Below are positions 9,847-20,278 of a DNA stretch of 64,000 bases, in pieces. Below the pieces are notes generated by a model. It was given only the letters and a program-made list of their open reading frames with translations, did not search any database and was not told the origin of the DNA. Origin of the DNA: Vulcanimicrobiota bacterium (GTDB lineage Bacteria > Vulcanimicrobiota > Vulcanimicrobiia > Vulcanimicrobiales > Vulcanimicrobiaceae); the NCBI GenBank assembly GCA_963723515.1, contig CAVRQT010000002.1, positions 352,001 to 416,000 on the forward strand, in the 5' to 3' direction. A program made the position numbers and the translations under genes. Within the stretch, counting starts at the first letter, position 1. Every line of letters begins with the position of its first letter.

Positions 9847-10808
9847 CGCGAAGTAACCGGCGCCTTCAACCCGCCGCGCATTGCCATCGTCGCGGCGCCG
9901 ATCACGCCCGCATCATTACCAAGTTGCGCGATGACGACCCGCGTCGTACGCTTTGGGACCATCGTCGTCAATTCATCGACCCGACCCCGAATTGCATCCA
10001 ACATGAAGTCGCCGGCGCTGCTGACGCCGCCGCCAAGCGCGATCAGCTGCGGGTTGAGAAACGCGATGACGTTCGCCACGCCGCTCGCGAGATCTTCAGC
10101 AAAATTCTTCCACGCCGCAAGCGCATGACGGTCGCCGGCTTGCGCCGCTTTGCGAATCGCTTTTGAGCTCAGCTTCTCCGGTTTGCGATCGAGCAGCGCG
10201 CTCCGCGGAAAAGAGTCGCGTACGGCAAAGGCATGCCGAATCAACCCCGTTCCCGAGGCCTGCGTTTCAAAGCAGCCGATCTTTCCGCATGTACAGATAA
10301 AGCCGTCGCGCGCGCGAATCTGATGGTGCCCGATCTCGCCTGCGCCGGCCGCGTTGCCCAGGACGAGATCACCGTCGGCTACGATGCCGCCGCCGATTCC
10401 CGTTCCAAGGGTAAGCAGAACAAAATTACGCGTGCCGCGTCCCGTTCCGTAGGTGTATTCGCCAAGCGTCGCGCAGCGCGCATCGTTGCCGACGAAGATC
10501 GGTTGTTTGAAAGAGTCGCGCAACCGATTGCCCAGCGGCACGTTTTCCCACTGAAAATTCGGCGAGTATAAGATCGTGCCGGACGCCAAATCGATGTTGC
10601 CGGGTGATCCGATGCCGATACCGAGAACGCCGTCCGCGGCATTATCGTGTAACGCAGCGTCGATCATATCGCTGGTTGCCTGAAAGACGGCGTCTACGCC
10701 GTGGTCGTCCAGGTCGTGTTCGTGGCTCGTGAGGATCTTGCCGTCTTCATCGACGACCCCAGCGGTGACATGACTTCCGCCCAAATCGACGCCGATCGCG
10801 GTACGCAT
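9843..10808 (-). CDS. ROK family sugar kinase (glucokinase-like)
   Basis: IGVDLGGS, NDARCA, GTGIGGG, GEIGHH, CTCGKIGCFE. Confidence 0.93.
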   Translation of the reverse strand: MRTAIGVDLGGSHVTAGVVDEDGKILTSHEHDLDDHGVDAVFQATSDMIDAALHDNAADGVLGIGIGSPGNIDLASGTILYSPNFQWENVPLGNRLRDSFKQPIFVGNDARCATLGEYTYGTGRGTRNFVLLTLGTGIGGGIVADGDLVLGNAAGAGEIGHHQIRARDGFICTCGKIGCFETQASGTGLIRHAFAVRDSFPRSALLDRKPEKLSSKAIRKAAQAGDRHALAAWKNFAEDLASGVANVIAFLNPQLIALGGGVSSAGDFMLDAIRGRVDELTTMVPKRTTRVVIAQLGNDAGVIGAATMAMRGGLKAPVTSR

Positions 10809-10867
10809 ACCGCGGAACTACGGTGCCGGCGGACGGTTTCCTTATGCGTCGAGTCGAACTGTGCGTT

Positions 10868-11560
10868 ATGCAAACGATCGACCTTATCAATCTGCGCAAC
10901 TTCACGCGCGAAACGGGACAGCCGACGCATCCCGAACTCCTCGACACGGCGCCGATGGAGCACGTCAACGAGATTGAAATTACGGAAGAACACATCACGG
11001 TAACCTACAACGAGCGCATCAACCGCTCATACAATGCGAACGAAATCGTGCACCGCGAATGGACGTACAAATATAACGAGGATCCGGAATTGGTCCGGGC
11101 CATTGGCAAAGTGATCGATCTGGCGCGCAAGCATCTCAAAGACTTGCCGGAAAACGTCGCCTGCCCGCCGGGATGCGCCGAGTGCTGCAGCGGCTACGAG
11201 CCGTTCGTCAGCCGCGCTGACGTCGAACGGATCGCGCAACATCTTGGCATGACGTTCAACGAAGTGATCAACGAGTATGTCGTGCCACGGAAGAGCGCGG
11301 ATGGCTATTACCTCGGATACTTGCGAAAAGTCGATGACGATATCGCGTCGCGCTGCATCTTCCTTAAAGGCCCTCGCTCGGGGAAGTACTACTGCGGCAT
11401 CTATGCGGCGCGGCCGGGCGACTGCCGTGATTTCTCTCCAATCGGCTGTGAAGACGTCGACACAGCATTGCCGCGCGACGCGCGGCTCGAAATCGGATCG
11501 CCGTTTGTTCCCAGGCATGCCAAGCGAGCGCATAACGGCAAGCGCTTTTCAAGGCGCTGA
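10868..11560 (+). CDS. YkgJ-family cysteine-cluster protein
   Basis: CPPGCAECC...CIFL...CGIYAARPGDCRDF. Confidence 0.8.
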   Translation: MQTIDLINLRNFTRETGQPTHPELLDTAPMEHVNEIEITEEHITVTYNERINRSYNANEIVHREWTYKYNEDPELVRAIGKVIDLARKHLKDLPENVACPPGCAECCSGYEPFVSRADVERIAQHLGMTFNEVINEYVVPRKSADGYYLGYLRKVDDDIASRCIFLKGPRSGKYYCGIYAARPGDCRDFSPIGCEDVDTALPRDARLEIGSPFVPRHAKRAHNGKRFSRR

Positions 11561-11638
11561 AGTCACGATTCGCGAATCCGCCACGCCCGAGCATAAAACG
11601 CTCGGACAACACGTTCTTATTCGGTTAAGGAGAAGTCG

Positions 11639-12073
11639 ATGCGTTTGTTACGTTGGATGGTCACCGCGAGCACGATGCTGGCGGTAACCGGTACGGCATT
11701 TGCCGTGCCGAATGCGATGCATGCAATGCATAACGCGATGTCTTCGAAAGTTCTGAACATCAATATGGGTCCGCAGAACGGTTCGAAGCAGAATGGAACT
11801 GCAAGCATCAAAGACGTCAGCGGCGGCGTCGCCGTCAAGGTTAGCGTCTTCAATGAACCCAAAGGTGCGTCCGAGCCGGCGCACATCCACCAAGGAACTT
11901 GCAAGAACCTCAATCCCGCGCCGTACAAGCCGCTCTCGAACGTCGTGCATGGCACGTCGGTGACGACAGTTAAGGGCGTCAGCGTTGCGAGCCTCAAGAA
12001 GGCGCACTACGCGATCAACGTCCACGAGTCAGCCGCAAACTTGAAGAAATACGTTTCTTGCGGCGACATTTAG
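11639..12073 (+). CDS. Secreted CHRD-like His/Cys protein
   Basis: Signal peptide, EPAHIHQGTC, YAINVHES...CGDI; AAGGAG ribosome-binding site. Confidence 0.65.
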   Translation: MRLLRWMVTASTMLAVTGTAFAVPNAMHAMHNAMSSKVLNINMGPQNGSKQNGTASIKDVSGGVAVKVSVFNEPKGASEPAHIHQGTCKNLNPAPYKPLSNVVHGTSVTTVKGVSVASLKKAHYAINVHESAANLKKYVSCGDI

Positions 12074-12095
12074 AGCCGGTTTAACGGAAAACGCC

Positions 12096-12132
12096 GAAGA
12101 GGCATCGCGACCTGCGATGTCTCTTCTGCTTT
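12096..12132 (+). terminator. Probable intrinsic terminator hairpin
   Basis: GAAGAGGCATCGC-GACCT-GCGATGTCTCTTC (13-bp stem with one GU) followed by TGCTTT. Confidence 0.55.
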
Positions 12133-12143
12133 AAGGAGCCACG

Positions 12144-12716
12144 GTGATGACCGAGGATCGCATTTCGCGCTTTGGCGAGCCGGATGAGGCGTCGCTGCCG
12201 TCCGACATCAAGGAAATCTACGAAAAAAATTGCGCCAAGATCGGCTTCGTTCCGAATGTCTTTCGCGCGTACGCCAAACGGCCCGACCATTTTCGCGCCT
12301 TCATGGCATACCACGATGTGCTGATGAAAGGTCCGGGCGGCCTCAGCCGTGTCGAGCGTGAGGCGATCGTGGTCGCGGTTTCAGCCGAGAACCTCTGTCA
12401 GTATTGCGTGACGGCGCACGGCGCCGCGCTGAGGATTCTGGGAAAGGATCCGATCGTGGCCGATCAGATTGCGATCAACTGGCGAACCGCGGACCTGACA
12501 CCGCGGCTGCGCGCGATTTTGGAGTTTGCCTCCGCGGTGAACGAGCCCGGCTTCTTCGCAACCGATGCCGACATCGCGCAACTGCATGCGCAGGGATTCA
12601 GTGGCGACGACATCTGGGACATCGCCGCAATCGCGGCGTTCTTCGGATTTTCGAATCGCATGGCCGGGATGATGGATTTACGCCCGAACGCCGAGTTCTA
12701 TTCGATGGGCCGCTGA
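12144..12716 (+). CDS. AhpD/CMD-family peroxidase-related enzyme
   Basis: GFVPNVF, EREAIVVAVSAENLCQYCVTAHG, FFGFSNRMA. Confidence 0.9.
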   Translation: MMTEDRISRFGEPDEASLPSDIKEIYEKNCAKIGFVPNVFRAYAKRPDHFRAFMAYHDVLMKGPGGLSRVEREAIVVAVSAENLCQYCVTAHGAALRILGKDPIVADQIAINWRTADLTPRLRAILEFASAVNEPGFFATDADIAQLHAQGFSGDDIWDIAAIAAFFGFSNRMAGMMDLRPNAEFYSMGR

Positions 12717-12725
12717 ACGACACGC

Positions 12726-13695
12726 TTAGGAAAGCAGTGAAGCGAAGCGAGCCGTGTCGATGTTGCCGCCGCTGATGATGACGCCAACCCGCTTGTGCGC
12801 ACCGGGAATCTTATGCTCCAAGGTCGCGGCTAGAGCTGCCGCGCCGCTTGGCTCGACGACCAACTTCAAGCGTTCGAACGCAAAGCGCATCGCCGATTTT
12901 AATTGCTCGTCGCTGACCGTCACGATTTGACAGTGATGGCGCTGCGCCAGTTCCAATGTCAACTCACCGGGTGCTTGCGTTTGCATGCCGTCCGCGATAG
13001 TTTGCGGCACCGGGATCGTAATTCGCATGCCGGTCTCGAGTGAACGCGCGAAATCATCGCCCGCTTCCGGTTCCACGCCATACATGTCAATTGAAGCGCT
13101 GACGCCGTGTGCCGCAACGGCGGTGCCCGAAAGTAAACCGCCGCCGCCGGTGGGCACGACGATCGCGTCCAGTTCTCCAACGTCTTCAAGCAACTCCAAT
13201 GCGGCAGTGCCCTGGCCGGCGATGATACGGGCGTCATCGAACGGCGGAATGACCGTTGCGCCGCGCTGCTCCGCCAACTCTCGGGCAATCGTTTCACGGT
13301 TGCCGGCGCGGCGGTCATAGAAAATGACCTCGCCGCCGTAGCCGCGCGTAGCCGCAACCTTATTCGGCGGTGCATCGCTCGGCATCACGATCGTCGCTTG
13401 AACGCCAAGGAGTCGCGACGCTAGCGCGACGGCGGCCGCGTGGTTGCCGCTCGAAAATGCAACGACGCCGCGACTTGCCTCATCGTCGCTCAACTGCGAA
13501 AGGCGGTTGTACGCACCGCGAATCTTGAAGGACCCGGCGCGTTGCAGATTCTCGCATTTCAAGAAAACCTGCGCGCCGGCAGCCGTATCAAGCTCTTCCG
13601 ATGTCAATACCGCCGTGCGATGCGCGATGCCGCGCAGACGCTGCGCGGCTTGGCGCACATCGTCGAAGCGAGACCGCTGCGGCGACGCTCGCCAC
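12726..13695 (-). CDS. PLP-dependent serine/threonine dehydratase (serine racemase-like); frameshift near 13665
   Basis: KCENLQRAGSFKIRGA, SSGNHA, PTGGGGL, ISGGNID. Confidence 0.92.
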
Positions 13696-14087
13696 TACGG
13701 GCTTGGACTTGTTGCTGCGCTCGGATACTGCATGTGAATCGTCCACTGGCGAACTTTCCCGTCGTCGTCCAGAACCATCATCTCGCTGTACATGTGTTTG
13801 TCGAACTTCGCGTTGAAGGTATGCGCGTTCGGCCCTTCATTTTGAACCTGCACCTCTTGCACGCCTTGGAACTTGCCCTGCGAATTCAACTCGTCCGAGA
13901 GTCGCGCGACCGCAACGCGCCTAACCGTCACCTTCGCCTGCGAATCGAAGTCGTCGAGTACAGGCGCCATGTTGTTCGCGATCACCGCATTCGTAATCTT
14001 ATCCGCTTCGCGTTCGTACCGGTTCTTCGTCGAACAGCCGCCCAGCACGATCGCCACCGAAGTGATTATCACCAGAAAACGTTTCAT
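13695..14087 (-). CDS. Hypothetical lipoprotein
   Basis: Lipobox LGGC after a hydrophobic stretch; GGAGG ribosome-binding site. Confidence 0.75.
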   Translation of the reverse strand: MKRFLVIITSVAIVLGGCSTKNRYEREADKITNAVIANNMAPVLDDFDSQAKVTVRRVAVARLSDELNSQGKFQGVQEVQVQNEGPNAHTFNAKFDKHMYSEMMVLDDDGKVRQWTIHMQYPSAATSPSP

Positions 14088-14135
14088 CTCGTCCTCCCCG
14101 ACGCCAATACCGCAGCCCTTTGAAAAATGTTGCGT

Positions 14136-14603
14136 TTACTGCAGATTCGAGCGTTTGTACGTCCGCAACTCGGCCGCCTTGCTCTGCCGCACGAAAATCA
14201 ATTCGTCGTCGTACGAAAAGAAATGCGTTTCCGGCGGAATGTGAAAGCGGTCCTTGCCGCGCGTCACGATCGCATCGTTCGTGCGGACTTCAAGCGTGCA
14301 ATTCCGGTACTGCAGTACGGAACCCGGCGAGATTTCTTGTGCACTCGCGGGCAGATGCGCGTGCAACCCCGATGTCGCGGGCGCCCGCCAAACGTTCTGC
14401 TGCAGCCAGCATTCCGGCAATGCGGAAAGCGCCCAGGGAGCATCGGCTCCGAAGGGCCCCGGATGCAAATTCGAGCGCGGCTGCTTGCGGCCGATCGTCG
14501 GTGGACCATGCGCTTGCACCGCGCGCATTTGCAACTCGTGCATCCGATGCGCGCGCAAAGCGATCACGCCGCCGGCCGTGATCACGATGAACGCGGCGAG
14601 CAA
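14136..14603 (-). CDS. Hypothetical exported protein
   Basis: N-terminal hydrophobic anchor; collinear with neighbours. Confidence 0.55.
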   Translation of the reverse strand: MLAAFIVITAGGVIALRAHRMHELQMRAVQAHGPPTIGRKQPRSNLHPGPFGADAPWALSALPECWLQQNVWRAPATSGLHAHLPASAQEISPGSVLQYRNCTLEVRTNDAIVTRGKDRFHIPPETHFFSYDDELIFVRQSKAAELRTYKRSNLQ

Positions 14604-14618
14604 GTAATATCGAAGCAG

Positions 14619-15714
14619 TTAGGCTGCGCTCTCGGCGGCTTCTTGCGTCTCCTGACTTTCGCCCAGCGTCAAACGCATCAATCCGATTTGAAAATCCGCC
14701 ATGCCGTAATACACGTCGAACGTTCGCTCGCCTAGATCCGGCCGCGGATCGATTCCCGTTGGAAAGACGACATTCGCGACGACGCCTCTGCGCTCGGCTT
14801 TCGTTTGCGGCATCAAAACCGGATCGGGCGATCGATAGCGCACGATCTGCGGACTCTCGAGATCATGGATCATGATGCCGGCGCTATAGCGAAAATGCGG
14901 CTGGCCGCGCGCGTCGACGACATCAACGCCGTGAAAGAGCGACATCCAGCCCTCCGCGATGCGCACGGGCGGCGTCCCACAGCCCAACTTCAGCGACCCC
15001 CATCGCGGATCAGGCGCCATGACCAAGAGACTCTCCGCAACATCCGTTAACTTGGAGCGATCTTTGAGCAGCGGTTCGAGCGGTATGTATCCCATGCGAA
15101 TCGACTCTCGGTCTTCGTAGGGCATCTTCTCGATTAGCGGAACGGCCGCACGGCCGTCAACTGCGGAAAGATGCAGCATCGGCCGATGGTAAAACGCCAA
15201 CGAAAGCACGCCTTCCGGCGAGCGAACCGGCTCCGGAAAAAATGCGGCGTCCTTATCGTCGCCGACATGCATTCCCGGACGCGTGAACTGCAAGAGCCCG
15301 GCGCGCTTCCATTTCAAACCGTCCTCACTGGTTGCAATCGCGATGCGTGGCCCATCGGGCCCAAACGCGGTGTACGACATCACGTAGCAATCGAGCGCTT
15401 TGATGAACGTTACGCGCGGATCTTCACAACCATAGCCGCCTTGGCGCCGCAACTCGTAGGGAGCTTGCGGCTCGAGCGCATAGCCGTCGTATTTAAAATG
15501 CAGCTCCTCCTTGGGAATACCGCGCACCATGCCGATGCGCGAAATGTTTCCCCGCGCAACCTCGCGCGGATACAGCAGCAGCGTTCCGTCGCGCGACGCG
15601 CGCGCACGCAGGGTTTAAAACGCCTAATTTTTGTTGCGCGTGCCCGTTCGGCGCCAGCACCGTCCCGAGTCGCTCGACGCGAACGTCGAGCTCGGAAATC
15701 AGCTGAGAAACCAC
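14619..15714 (-). CDS. GH130-like glycosidase/phosphorylase (5-bladed propeller); frameshift near 15590
   Basis: GVLNPAC, GCEDPRVT, MSYTAF, DKDAAFFPE, NVVFPTG, YYGMAD. Confidence 0.85.
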
Positions 15715-15782
15715 TTAGGCGATGAGTCGCCCCGACACGCAGCCGCCGTTACGACATTGGAAAGCGCGTGGCCTTCGCTTTC

Positions 15783-16217
15783 TCAGCGCAGCACCGTTGA
15801 GGCGATCGGCTCGTCGGAAGGTGTGACAACGTCAATGTGAGATCCGCGACGATAAACTGAAATAGGAACGATCCACAGTGTGAATGTACGATAGGCCGGC
15901 GCGGGATCAGCGCCCGCAACCGGTGCGACTTCAAAAGCAACGATTCTCACCCGGCTCGTGTTCGCACGGATCGACTCGATCACTTGACGCCATCCGACCT
16001 CGTGATGCGGCCCCATCAGTAAGGCAACGCCGAATTCATGATTGAAGCGAACGGGCGCCTTGATGCCAAGGGACTCAAGGTCGGCACGGTTGCGGACCAC
16101 GACGACAGCGTTGGCCCCTGGCGCCTCCGTCGTTCCCTGAGTGTAGGTCTTGACGCGCACTTCCCGGCACCCGGCTAAGATCAGCACTGCCAGGATCGCG
16201 GCCAGCCCTCGATTCAC
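15783..16217 (-). CDS. Hypothetical lipoprotein (PrcB-C-like)
   Basis: Lipobox LAGC; VALLMGPHHEVGWRQVIESI resembles the PrcB C-terminal domain. Confidence 0.6.
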   Translation of the reverse strand: MNRGLAAILAVLILAGCREVRVKTYTQGTTEAPGANAVVVVRNRADLESLGIKAPVRFNHEFGVALLMGPHHEVGWRQVIESIRANTSRVRIVAFEVAPVAGADPAPAYRTFTLWIVPISVYRRGSHIDVVTPSDEPIASTVLR

Positions 16218-16342
16218 GTTTTCGCCCCTTCGCGCGCCGCGGCGCAGCGCCCCGCGCAAGCCGTAAGGCACCGACTGTCACAGAGTACTTCCGCGAGCCC
16301 TTTTAGAATTAGCCTTCTTACCCTGAGAAGAGGCAACTAGAG

Positions 16343-17053
16343 ATGTTTGCTTACTTTTTTCTCGCAGCTATAACCGCCGCCGCACCGCAGCCCTCGCCAT
16401 CACCAATGCCGCAGCTTAAGGAAATCGGTCACGTTCGCGCGACTGCTTCTTGTGCAGAACTCGCGGTCCATGCGAACAGCGCGATTTCGTCCGCCCTGCG
16501 CAACGATCTGCTGCTCTCGCAGACGATCGGCAAATTGCATGGCGTCAACTTGGACGGCGATCCGATCTCCCGCCGCAACGGGTTGCAAGAATTAGGAGAT
16601 CTCGCCAAGGATCTGCGCGCGCAGGCGGTTTCCGGTGATCGGGAAGTCAAGCGGCTGCGCGACATCGCAGCCAAGTCAAGCGATGCGGAGCAAAAACAGG
16701 AGCTCAAGAAGTTCGCCGACGAGCTTGGCGGCGCACTCTACCGGCAGAAGAAAATCGCGAACGATTTGAACGGCTTGCTGGCCGCCTTTGACTACCACGA
16801 CATGTCGAAGTTGGACGAAACTACCCAGAAAGCGAACGAGTTGACCCTCGGCGTTCCGACGCTGGCGCGTAACGATCCGGAGCAGACGGCTGCGCAAGGA
16901 CCGTTAGGCCGTGTCAACAACATCCCGCTTCCGCCTTCAGATAATCTCCTCGCCGCGAAAGCCGCAAACGATTTCGAAGTGCGCATGGCCGACATTACCA
17001 ACGACGAAGGACAAGCGGCCGAGCACACGACAGGCGCCGTTAGCGGCTGTTAG
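16343..17053 (+). CDS. Hypothetical secreted helical protein
   Basis: Signal peptide, PSPSP linker, LKEIGHVRA; GAGG ribosome-binding site. Confidence 0.7.
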   Translation: MFAYFFLAAITAAAPQPSPSPMPQLKEIGHVRATASCAELAVHANSAISSALRNDLLLSQTIGKLHGVNLDGDPISRRNGLQELGDLAKDLRAQAVSGDREVKRLRDIAAKSSDAEQKQELKKFADELGGALYRQKKIANDLNGLLAAFDYHDMSKLDETTQKANELTLGVPTLARNDPEQTAAQGPLGRVNNIPLPPSDNLLAAKAANDFEVRMADITNDEGQAAEHTTGAVSGC

Positions 17054-17108
17054 CGCTCCCACAAAACCGCTTGCAGGGGGTCGCACTCCGAGCTAGATTC
17101 TAGTTCTA

Positions 17109-18020
17109 GTGTACCAACTGCGAAGTGCGTGGCGCGTGGCGCTCGTTGCGGCGATCGTCGCATACGCAGGCGTCATCCTCGGAAGTTGGGTTCGAATTAC
17201 CGGCGGCGGAATGAGCTGCCCCGACTGGCCGCTTTGTCACGGATCGCTCCTGCCGTCAATCGGCGCCGGTTCGCTTTGGGAGTGGTCGCATCGGCTCGTC
17301 GCGCTTTTTGAAGCGCCGCTCGTCGTCGCGCTCGCTGCGATGGCGTGGCCGTTGCGTAAGTCCGCGCGACCGATCATGTGGATGCTGGCGCTCGTCGTTG
17401 CGCTCTTTGTGTTTCAGATCTTCCTCGGTGCGGCAACGGTTCATCTCGCAAACTCGCCGCTCTCCGTCGTTTTGCACTGGGGCACGGCGATGGGGTTCTT
17501 GGGCTCGCTCGTTGCGCTGACCGTCTTCATGCGGGCTCCGTCGCTGCTCGAAAGAACCACTCGTGCCGGCCACCTCGTATTCACCACAGCGCTTTGCGCA
17601 ACTGCGCTACTGGCGTTCACAACGATGTGCATCGGCGCATACGTTAGTTCGAGCGGCGCAGGTCTGGCATGCACTTCGCTTCCTGGTTGCGCCGGTGAAG
17701 TCGTCGTCTACGGATCCGGTCAGTTCGTACAGATGGTGCACCGCGTCGCCGCCGGACTTTGCCTCTTCACCGCCTGCGCCACAGTCGCACTCGCTTGGCG
17801 CTACGCTTCGCGCGCCGTGAAGCTGATGACGAGCTTCGGCCTGGCCTTACTCTTCGCGCAGGTGATCCTTGGGTTGCTCAACGTCGCTTGGCGCTTGCCG
17901 GTTTTGGTGCGCGAACTTCATTCAGCGACGGCCGCACTCGCATTCTTAAGTTTTGTCGCTGCACTCGCATTCGTCGCGGCACAAGCGTTCAGCGCGGAGC
18001 CCAAGAGCGCGGCCGCATGA
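17109..18020 (+). CDS. ctaA: Heme A synthase (COX15/CtaA)
   Basis: GMSCPDWPLCHG, EWSHRL, VVLHW, QMVHR, RELHS; TTGCAG-N17-TAGATT just upstream. Confidence 0.9.
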   Translation: MYQLRSAWRVALVAAIVAYAGVILGSWVRITGGGMSCPDWPLCHGSLLPSIGAGSLWEWSHRLVALFEAPLVVALAAMAWPLRKSARPIMWMLALVVALFVFQIFLGAATVHLANSPLSVVLHWGTAMGFLGSLVALTVFMRAPSLLERTTRAGHLVFTTALCATALLAFTTMCIGAYVSSSGAGLACTSLPGCAGEVVVYGSGQFVQMVHRVAAGLCLFTACATVALAWRYASRAVKLMTSFGLALLFAQVILGLLNVAWRLPVLVRELHSATAALAFLSFVAALAFVAAQAFSAEPKSAAA

Positions 18021-18931
18021 GCAGCGCGCTCTCGCGCGTCGAAGGCGCTCTCCCGTCAACTACAAGCCGCCGTTTAGGCTTCATCAGCGACTTTTACGAA
18101 CTGAGCAAGCCGCGGATCATCACGCTGCTCTTGATCACGACCGCGGCAGCGATGGTGATCGCAGCGCGCGGCGTTCCATCGCTGCGCGTCCTGATCTGTA
18201 CGCTGGCCGGCGGAGCGCTTGCCGCAGCTTCCGCGGGCGCCTTCAATTGCATCGTCGATAGCGACATCGACGGCTTGATGCGCCGTACATGCGCGCGCCC
18301 GATTCCAACGGGCCGCATCTCGATTCAAAACGCCGCCATTTATGCCGTCATCGCGGGCGGCCTGTCATTCGCGATCTTGATTTTGTTCGTCAATCCGCTC
18401 GCGGCATGGCTCTCATTGCTGGGGAACGTCTACTATGTCGTGATCTATACGATGCTGCTAAAGCGCGCGACGCCGCTCAACATCGTGATCGGCGGCGCGG
18501 CGGGCGCGATTCCGCCGCTGGTCGGTTCAGCCGCGGTAACGGGGACGATCACCGGACAAGCACTCGGACTGTTCGCGCTGATATTCTTGTGGACGCCGCC
18601 GCATTTCTGGTCGCTCGCACTCATGACGGAAACCGATTATGCGCGCGCCCGGATTCCGATGCTGCCAAATGTGAGCGGGATCACACGCACGAAGATGGAG
18701 ATCCTCGCGTACAGCATCGTTTTAGTTGCGGCATCGTTGGCGCTGTACGCACTCCATTTCTTCGGGCCGATCTACCTCATTGCCGCAATCGCGCTGGGCG
18801 GCATCTTCATCTTCGACGCAATACGCACGTACTTGACTTCGGACCGGCTTTGGCCGCGCCGTCTCTTCAAATACTCGTTGCTTTATCTCGCTTTGATGTG
18901 CGCGATGATGGTGGTTGACCGCATCGTCTAG
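18017..18931 (+). CDS. ctaB: Protoheme IX farnesyltransferase (heme O synthase)
   Basis: LSKPRI, DSDIDGLMRRTCARPIPTG, NIVIGGAAGAIPPLVG, LWTPPHFWSLA. Confidence 0.95.
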   Translation: MSSALSRVEGALPSTTSRRLGFISDFYELSKPRIITLLLITTAAAMVIAARGVPSLRVLICTLAGGALAAASAGAFNCIVDSDIDGLMRRTCARPIPTGRISIQNAAIYAVIAGGLSFAILILFVNPLAAWLSLLGNVYYVVIYTMLLKRATPLNIVIGGAAGAIPPLVGSAAVTGTITGQALGLFALIFLWTPPHFWSLALMTETDYARARIPMLPNVSGITRTKMEILAYSIVLVAASLALYALHFFGPIYLIAAIALGGIFIFDAIRTYLTSDRLWPRRLFKYSLLYLALMCAMMVVDRIV

Positions 18932-20264
18932 CACTCTCGTCGGGCATCGGGTTGACCGCTCGCAGCTTGCACTCTTAATCACCTTAGGACTCGGAGTTTT
19001 CACCGGCGCACTTGATTTAGGCGTGCTTGCGCCGGCGTTGCCGGCGCTTTCGCGTTCGCTCTCGATTCCGACGAACGAGCTGGCGTGGATCTACACGATC
19101 TATCTCATCTGCAACGTTGCCGGCATTGCGATCATGAGCATGCTTGCGGATCGCTATGGACGGCGAAGCGTCTACATCGCCTGCATCACAATTTTTGCGG
19201 CGGGCAGCGTTCTTGCGGTGGCTGCGCCGACATTCGCGATCTTCTTGACGGCGCGTGCGATTCAAGCGCTTGGCGCGGGCGGAATCTTTCCGGTTGCAAC
19301 CGCAGCGATCGGCGACGCAGTCCCCGCGCAACGACGCGGCGCCGCGCTGGGTTTGGTCGCTGCAACGTGGGGATTGGCGGCCGTCGTCGGACCGCTCGCC
19401 GGCGGCGCGATCACGCATTTTGTGTCGTGGCGCTGGATCTTCGCGGCGAATTTCCCGCTGGCGATCGTCGTCATCATGCTGGCACGCCGGCACATCGCTG
19501 CGATTGCGGCACATGCGCGTGAAAAACTGGATTGGTTCGGCCTCGTGCTCTTGCTCGCGGCGCTGTGGGGTTTCAGCTTCGGGCTAACGCAGAACATCGG
19601 GCCGTGCATCGCCGGCGGTGCGATCGCCGTTGCACTCTTGATCTTATGGGAACGACGCGAAACTGCGCCGCTGCTCCCCTGGTCGCTCTTTGCGTCGCGA
19701 AATTTGGCGCTCACATACGGCATCGAGCTCCTGATCGGCGTCCTCGAAGGGTCGCTGTTCTTCGTCCCGACCGTTCTCGTTGCGGCGCAGCGCATGAATT
19801 ATGCCGCCGCCGGCTCGATCGCGGCGCTCGGTGCGCTCGTCTTTGTGATCGTGATTGCGCTCGCAGGACGCGCGCTCGACCGCTTCGGCGCTCGAAGCGT
19901 GTTGGTCGTTGGCGCAACGTGCACGGCGCTCGGTTTGGCGGCGTTTGCATTTGCGTTCCACATGTTGGCGCCGTCGATTCTCGCGATCGTCATCGCGGGT
20001 ATCGGTTTTGGCGCGCTGCTCGGAGCGCCGACGCGTTACTTGATTACATCGGAGGCGCCGCAGGAGCGCCGCGCAACCGCACTCGGGCTCTTGAGTCAGT
20101 TCTTGATTTTCGGGCAAATCATCGGCGGTTCGCTGACGGGCGGCTTCGTTAAGCTCGCCGGTGCGCCGTTGCGCGGTTTTCACGACGCCTATGCGTCGTT
20201 CGCAATTATCGGCATCTTTGCAGCACTCTTAACGTTGGGTCTTCGCTCAAACCGTCGCTTATAA
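18915..20264 (+). CDS. MFS transporter (DHA2-like)
   Basis: LADRYGRR, RAIQALGAGG, SWRWIFAANFP; many transmembrane segments. Confidence 0.9.
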   Translation: MTASSSTLVGHRVDRSQLALLITLGLGVFTGALDLGVLAPALPALSRSLSIPTNELAWIYTIYLICNVAGIAIMSMLADRYGRRSVYIACITIFAAGSVLAVAAPTFAIFLTARAIQALGAGGIFPVATAAIGDAVPAQRRGAALGLVAATWGLAAVVGPLAGGAITHFVSWRWIFAANFPLAIVVIMLARRHIAAIAAHAREKLDWFGLVLLLAALWGFSFGLTQNIGPCIAGGAIAVALLILWERRETAPLLPWSLFASRNLALTYGIELLIGVLEGSLFFVPTVLVAAQRMNYAAAGSIAALGALVFVIVIALAGRALDRFGARSVLVVGATCTALGLAAFAFAFHMLAPSILAIVIAGIGFGALLGAPTRYLITSEAPQERRATALGLLSQFLIFGQIIGGSLTGGFVKLAGAPLRGFHDAYASFAIIGIFAALLTLGLRSNRRL

Positions 20265-20278
20265 GATTTCGTCACGCA